Source: Selaginella moellendorffii
Taxonomy: Eukaryota > Plantae > Lycopodiophyta
Reading direction: 5' to 3'
Assembly: GCF_000143415.4 (NCBI RefSeq)
Contig: NW_003314315.1
Span: 819,991-883,990, forward strand
Length of the DNA stretch: 64,000 nucleotides
Made by a program: the position numbers and the translations under genes. The notes below the pieces were generated by a model. It was not told the DNA's origin, ran no database searches, and worked only from the letters and a program-made list of their open reading frames with translations. Positions 61,288-64,000 of this stretch are shown piece by piece (the first letter of the stretch is position 1; the number at the start of each line of letters is the position of its first letter).

Positions 61288-63130
61288 ATGGATAGCGGAG
61301 TTGCCGAAGGTGCGTGAATCTTCTTCTTTTTCCTTGAGCTAAGTGTTCTTACATGAGTGCTTCCAGGTGCTGGGAAAGTGTACATTGATGGCAACATGCT
61401 TGCCGTCAAGGCTCTTGCAGCAGCAGGAGTGGAGACCATGTACGGCGTCGTTGGCATTCCGGTGACCTCTCTCGCGACTTACGCCATGAAGGTTGGGATA
61501 AAGTTCATCGCTTTCCGGAATGAGCAATCAGCGGGATATGCAGCGTCAGCAGCTGGTTATCTGACTGGTAAACCGGGAGTTTTGCTCACAGTCTCGGGAC
61601 CAGGTTGCGTGCACGGGCTTGCGGGTCTGAGCAATGCAATGATCAATACGTGGCCCCTGGTGATGATCTCTGGGTCCTGCACGCAGAAGGATATAGGGAA
61701 AGGTGACTTCCAGGAGCTTGATCAGATGGAAGCTGTGAAACCGTTTGTCAAATACTCGGGCAAGGCTAGCCAGATTTCTGAGGTTCCCGAGGTCGTATCT
61801 AAAGCTTTTCAAGTCGCTCTGGAAGACCAGCCGGGAGGGACATACATCGATCTTCCTTCCGACGTTCTTCATGAGAACATTTCCGTCGAGGAGGCCGAGA
61901 AGTTGCTTGCGGGGGTGAAGGCTGCGAAGCCGATGTTCTCTCGCGAGCTGGAGTGCCACTGTTCCGAGTCAGACATTCAGGAGGCGTTGTCTCTACTCCA
62001 CAAAGCCGAGAAGCCGCTGGTGGTTTTCGGGAAAGGTGCAGCTTTAAGCCGTGCGGAAGGTGCGATCAAGCAGTTTGTAGAACGGTCAGGAATACCATTT
62101 CTAGCAACACCAATGGGCAAGGGAGTCATTTCGGACACGCACCATCTTTCTGCTGGGGCTGCTCGTTCGCTGGCACTCCGTGAGAGTGATGTTGCACTGG
62201 TAATTGGAGCTAGATTAAACTGGCTACTACACTTCGGCGAGCCTCCACAGTGGTCCGACTCCGTTAAGTTCATCTTGGTCAACACTTCTAAAGAGGAAAT
62301 GGAACTACGACGCCCAGCTGTGAAACTCGTTGGCGATGCAAGGATGGTTATGACGGAACTAAACAAACAGTGGAAGGACTCTCCTTTCTCTCTAGGCGAC
62401 AAGCATCCTTGGGTGGAGAAGTTGAAGAATAAAGCCAGTGACAGCGTCGAGAAGATGGCTGCGAGGCTGAAGCAGGACGTTGTTCCTTTCAACTTTTTGA
62501 CTCCGTTGAGGATTATTCGCAATGCGATCTCGTCTTTAGGCTCGCCAACTCCTATCCTCGTCTCCGAGGGAGCGAACACCATGGATATAGGACGGACTGT
62601 CTTTCAACAGCTAGAGCCTCGAACGAGACTAGACGCTGGTACATGGGGAACGATGGGTATCGGGATGGGCTATTCAATTGCCGCTGCCGTGGAATCACCA
62701 GGGCGCTTAGTTGTTGCTGTCGAGGGAGACTCTGGCTTTGGCTTCAGTGGTTTCGAACTGGAGGTACGTCTTTTTTTTTCTTTACGTAGCATGGTTTCTT
62801 ATGTTTTGGCTGCAGACAATAGTTCGATACAACCTCCCGATCGTGGTGATCATCTTTAACAACGATGGAGTGTATGGTGGCGATCGGAGGACTCCGGAAG
62901 ACAAAGAGGGGCCACTCAAGGACTTCCCGGCACCGACGTCCTTCATTCCGTGCGCTCGCTATGACAAAGTGATGGAAGCGTTCGGTGGCAGTGGCTACTT
63001 TGTGAAAGAGCCCAAGGAGCTGGAGTCTGCAGTGAACGAGGCATTTGCAAGCAAGAAGCCAGCTCTGATCAACGTTAGAATCGATCCATTTGCCGGCTCG
63101 GAGAGCGGCAGAATGCATCACAAGAACTAA
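61288..63130 (+). CDS. HACL1: 2-hydroxyacyl-CoA lyase / oxalyl-CoA decarboxylase (TPP-dependent); exons 61288-61309, 61367-62763, 62816-63130
   Basis: GVVGIPV, FRNEQSAGYAA, LDAGTWGTMG, GDSGFGFSG...NN TPP motif; C-terminus AGSESGRMHHKN. Confidence 0.95.
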
Positions 63131-63204
63131 ACCCGGCACAGGTTTGCGTGTCTAGTATTTTTCACTACTACTCTTTCCATGTAAAATAACAGGTTCCAGG
63201 GAAT

Positions 63205-64000
63205 TCAGAGAGCCTCAGTTGCTTGGGCCTCAGACTTGTCCCCGGACTTCATCTTCCGGAGCTCACTGAAGAGGATATCAGTCTTCGCGTTCGGCCGTGC
63301 ACCGTCCTGGAGCATCCTCTCAACGAATCCATACGCCGGTCTCTTGGCATTCACGTAAGCCAGCAGCAGCTTGTTATACACCGCATTGTTCACCCAGTAA
63401 CCCGCCAGCTTCCAGTCCTCGAGGATCTGCTCGGCCCTCTCCACGTCCGGGATCGCAGCCAGAGCTCCGAGAACAAGCGTTAGAGAAGCAGGCAGCGGCC
63501 TCGACCTCGGGTTCCTGGTACCAGTCACCTGGGACTCCCTCAACCAAGTGATCGCTTCCTCGGTATTGCCAGCTTTGAGGTACATGTCGACGAGGTGGAA
63601 GTAGCACCAGGGATCCATCTGGACGCCGAGCTCCTCCTTCATCCTGCGCACCAGCTCTTCGGCCCGAGCAGTTAGCCCGAGGATGGAGTAGACGTACAAC
63701 ATGGCACTGAACATCGGGGAGCTGCCAAGTTTTCCCAGGCTCTCGGCGTCCTTGAACAGCCTCTCGGCCCTCTCGACTTCACCGAGCTTCCCCCACGACT
63801 TGATGACGCAGATGAAGTCCTGGCTGATCGGGTCCCCGAGCTTGAGCAGCTCCTTCCAGGCTCGCTGGACGCCGGCCGGGTTCTTGGCGGTGGCGTACAT
63901 GGTGATGAGCGTGTTGTAGGCAGTCCGGAGCTTTGGAAACTGGCCGATCTCCATACCGTGCTCGATGGTCTGGAGGACTGCGAGAGCTTTGTCGAAGAGC
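63205..64000 (-). CDS. P-class PPR protein, 3' part; gene continues beyond the window
   Basis: PPR repeats and the family C-terminus VYNKLLLAYVNAK...GFVERM...PN. Confidence 0.88.
   Translation of the reverse strand, partial: LFDKALAVLQTIEHGMEIGQFPKLRTAYNTLITMYATAKNPAGVQRAWKELLKLGDPISQDFICVIKSWGKLGEVERAERLFKDAESLGKLGSSPMFSAMLYVYSILGLTARAEELVRRMKEELGVQMDPWCYFHLVDMYLKAGNTEEAITWLRESQVTGTRNPRSRPLPASLTLVLGALAAIPDVERAEQILEDWKLAGYWVNNAVYNKLLLAYVNAKRPAYGFVERMLQDGARPNAKTDILFSELRKMKSGDKSEAQATEAL

Overview
Eukaryotic plant nuclear DNA. The 45-110 nt GT-AG introns, very short intergenic spaces and dense PPR genes suggest a lycophyte such as Selaginella (inference). Three compact gene islands (about 9-22 kb, 38-40 kb, 50-64 kb) carry COM1/SAE2, RPL11, six related P-class PPR genes, two PLS-class PPR genes, an F-box PP2 gene, 2-hydroxyacyl-CoA lyase and an intron-bearing Lnt-like nitrilase-family gene. 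They alternate with AT-rich decayed blocks of TEs and pseudogenes. The most striking object is a recent Ty3/gypsy chromovirus (1-6940). Its integrase-chromodomain region is interrupted by two clean spliceosomal-type introns whose removal restores canonical integrase motifs. A third candidate intron between the zinc knuckle and protease would give a Gag-only protein if spliced, and the 3' UTR holds a tRNA-like hairpin cluster. Also present: a nested gypsy / solo LTR / 5S-carrying Cassandra-like TRIM complex (43-49 kb), a deaminated 26S rDNA fragment, a tRNA-Phe pseudogene and a bacterial/fungal-type MBL hydrolase pseudogene. All coordinates and splice models were read by eye and need computational confirmation.
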